A stretch of DNA of 64,000 nt from Burkholderiales bacterium (lineage in GTDB: Bacteria; Pseudomonadota; Gammaproteobacteria; Burkholderiales; Ga0077523): positions 235-64,234 of the forward strand of contig JAIESW010000005.1 of NCBI GenBank assembly GCA_019745565.1, in the 5' to 3' direction. A program made the position numbers and the translations under genes. Of the stretch, positions 63,082-64,000 are shown piece by piece (within the stretch, counting starts at the first letter, position 1; each line of letters starts with the position of its first letter). Below the pieces are notes generated by a model that was not told the origin of the DNA, did no database searches, and saw nothing but the letters and a program-made list of their open reading frames with translations.

Positions 63082-63678
63082 ATGGCAAGACCGAGAGCAG
63101 CGACGTTCGACCAGCAGCGCGCGACCATCGTGGATGCCGCTGCGCGACTGTTCGCCGACCACGGTTTTCCCAGCGCCTCCATGGCGCAGCTCGCCCAGGC
63201 GTGCGGTATTTCGAAGCCGCTGCTCTATCACTACTACCGCGACAAGGCGCACATCCTGTTCGACGTGGCGGACGGCTACATGAACAGCCTGATGGCGATC
63301 GTCGCGGAAGTGAAGGCGGAGGCGCTGGAACCCGAAGCGCATTTCCGGGCCTTGGTAAGCCGCTTCATGCAGGCTTACCAGCATTCCCAGGCGCAGCACA
63401 TGGTGCTGGTACAGGATGTGAAGTTTCTCGGTGAAGCGGAACGCGCCACCGTCATCGCGAAGGAACGGGCCGTGGTGGATGCGTTCGCTGCCGCGATCGC
63501 GAAGCTGAAGCCGCGCTGGACGCGCAAGGCGCTTAGGGTGCCGCTCGCCATGATCCTGTTCGGCATGATCAACTGGACCTTCACCTGGCTGCGGGCCGAC
63601 GGCCCGCTGCGCTATGAGGACATGGCCGAAGTGGTGGCCGATATCTTTCTCCACGGAGTGACCGCGCAAGCGGCTTGA
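63082..63678 (+). CDS. TetR/AcrR-family transcriptional regulator (PaaR-like by position)
   Basis: 198 aa. N-terminal HTH ATIVDAAARLFADHGFPSASMAQLAQACGISKPLLYHYY. Lies 3 nt after paaE. Confidence 0.85.
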   Translation: MARPRAATFDQQRATIVDAAARLFADHGFPSASMAQLAQACGISKPLLYHYYRDKAHILFDVADGYMNSLMAIVAEVKAEALEPEAHFRALVSRFMQAYQHSQAQHMVLVQDVKFLGEAERATVIAKERAVVDAFAAAIAKLKPRWTRKALRVPLAMILFGMINWTFTWLRADGPLRYEDMAEVVADIFLHGVTAQAA

Positions 63679-63688
63679 GGGCTCACCG

Positions 63689-64000
63689 ATGAAACTGGCG
63701 ACGTTGAGGGAAGGAGGGCGGGACGGCACACTGGTCGTCGTGAGCCGCGATCTGAAACGGGCCGTGCGCGTGGCCACGTTCGCGCCGACGCTGCAGATCG
63801 CGCTCGATGACTGGGCGGCGGCCGAGCCGATGCTGAACGCGGTGTACACGCGATTGAACGACGGGGTGCTGGACGACGTCTTCGATCTGGATCCGCGCGT
63901 CCTGGCTGCGCCGCTGCCGCGGGCTTACCAATGGGCCGACGGTTCCGCTTACGTGAACCACGTGGAGCTCGTGCGCAAGGCCCGCGGCGCGGAACTCCCG
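63689..64000 (+). CDS. Fumarylacetoacetate hydrolase (FAH) family protein, N-terminal part only (runs off the window)
   Basis: Not in the ORF track (no stop in the window). My translation from ATG 63689 gives MKLATLREGGRDGTLVVVSRDLKRAVRVATFAPTLQIALDDW...APLPRAYQWADGSAYVNHVELVRKARGAELP, a typical N-terminus of FAH-family proteins. Confidence 0.7.
   Translation, partial: MKLATLREGGRDGTLVVVSRDLKRAVRVATFAPTLQIALDDWAAAEPMLNAVYTRLNDGVLDDVFDLDPRVLAAPLPRAYQWADGSAYVNHVELVRKARGAELP

Overview
GC-rich chromosomal segment of a proteobacterium, with beta/gamma-type housekeeping synteny (bamD / rluD-pgeF, rimO, rlmD). I call about 70 CDS and 4 tRNAs (Ser-UGA; Pro-UGG, Arg-UCU, His-GUG). I found no rRNA, CRISPR array, transposase, integrase or phage structural gene. 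Many long ORFs in the six-frame track are off-frame or antisense shadows typical of high-GC DNA, so I re-derived starts by hand from family N-termini, SD motifs and 4-nt/1-nt stop-start overlaps. Two genes truncated by the window edges are missing from the track: GTP-PEPCK at the left edge and an FAH-family gene at the right edge. Recognisable blocks: (1) a PQQ-dehydrogenase / cytochrome c / MoxJ-like cluster at 6.0-9.0 kb. (2) A patch of small accessory genes with three decayed gene remnants at 9.7-13.1 kb. (3) A ten-gene minus-strand run at 15.7-25.0 kb that contains a RuBisCO-like protein (RLP) coupled to a DUF1537 acid-sugar kinase, a TRAP transporter, a Tat-signal BKACE enzyme, an SDR and four small unknown proteins, one of them a free-standing NusA acidic-repeat domain. 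(4) A PHA block (phaR, phaP, phaB, phaC). (5) CopZ / thioredoxin-like / MCP and HPt-REC-REC-GGDEF signalling genes. (6) iclR-acetoacetyl-CoA synthetase divergent from livHMGF - MBL - FAD monooxygenase - DUF2783 - HGD-like cupin. (7) A phenylacetate cluster (paaY / paaGIKABCDE-tetR). My best candidate for an undescribed system is the RLP/kinase/TRAP/periplasmic-BKACE locus. Second-tier candidates are a PQQ dehydrogenase that lacks the vicinal Cys-Cys but carries the lanthanide-type DxD motif, a His-rich 6-TM chemoreceptor coupled to a thioredoxin-like protein, and several intergenic repeat families: a nested-hairpin element in 5 copies, a 3 x 80-bp tandem with mini-ORFs, and a G-quadruplex-prone heptamer array. 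All homology statements rest on my recognition of motifs in the translations. No database search was run.
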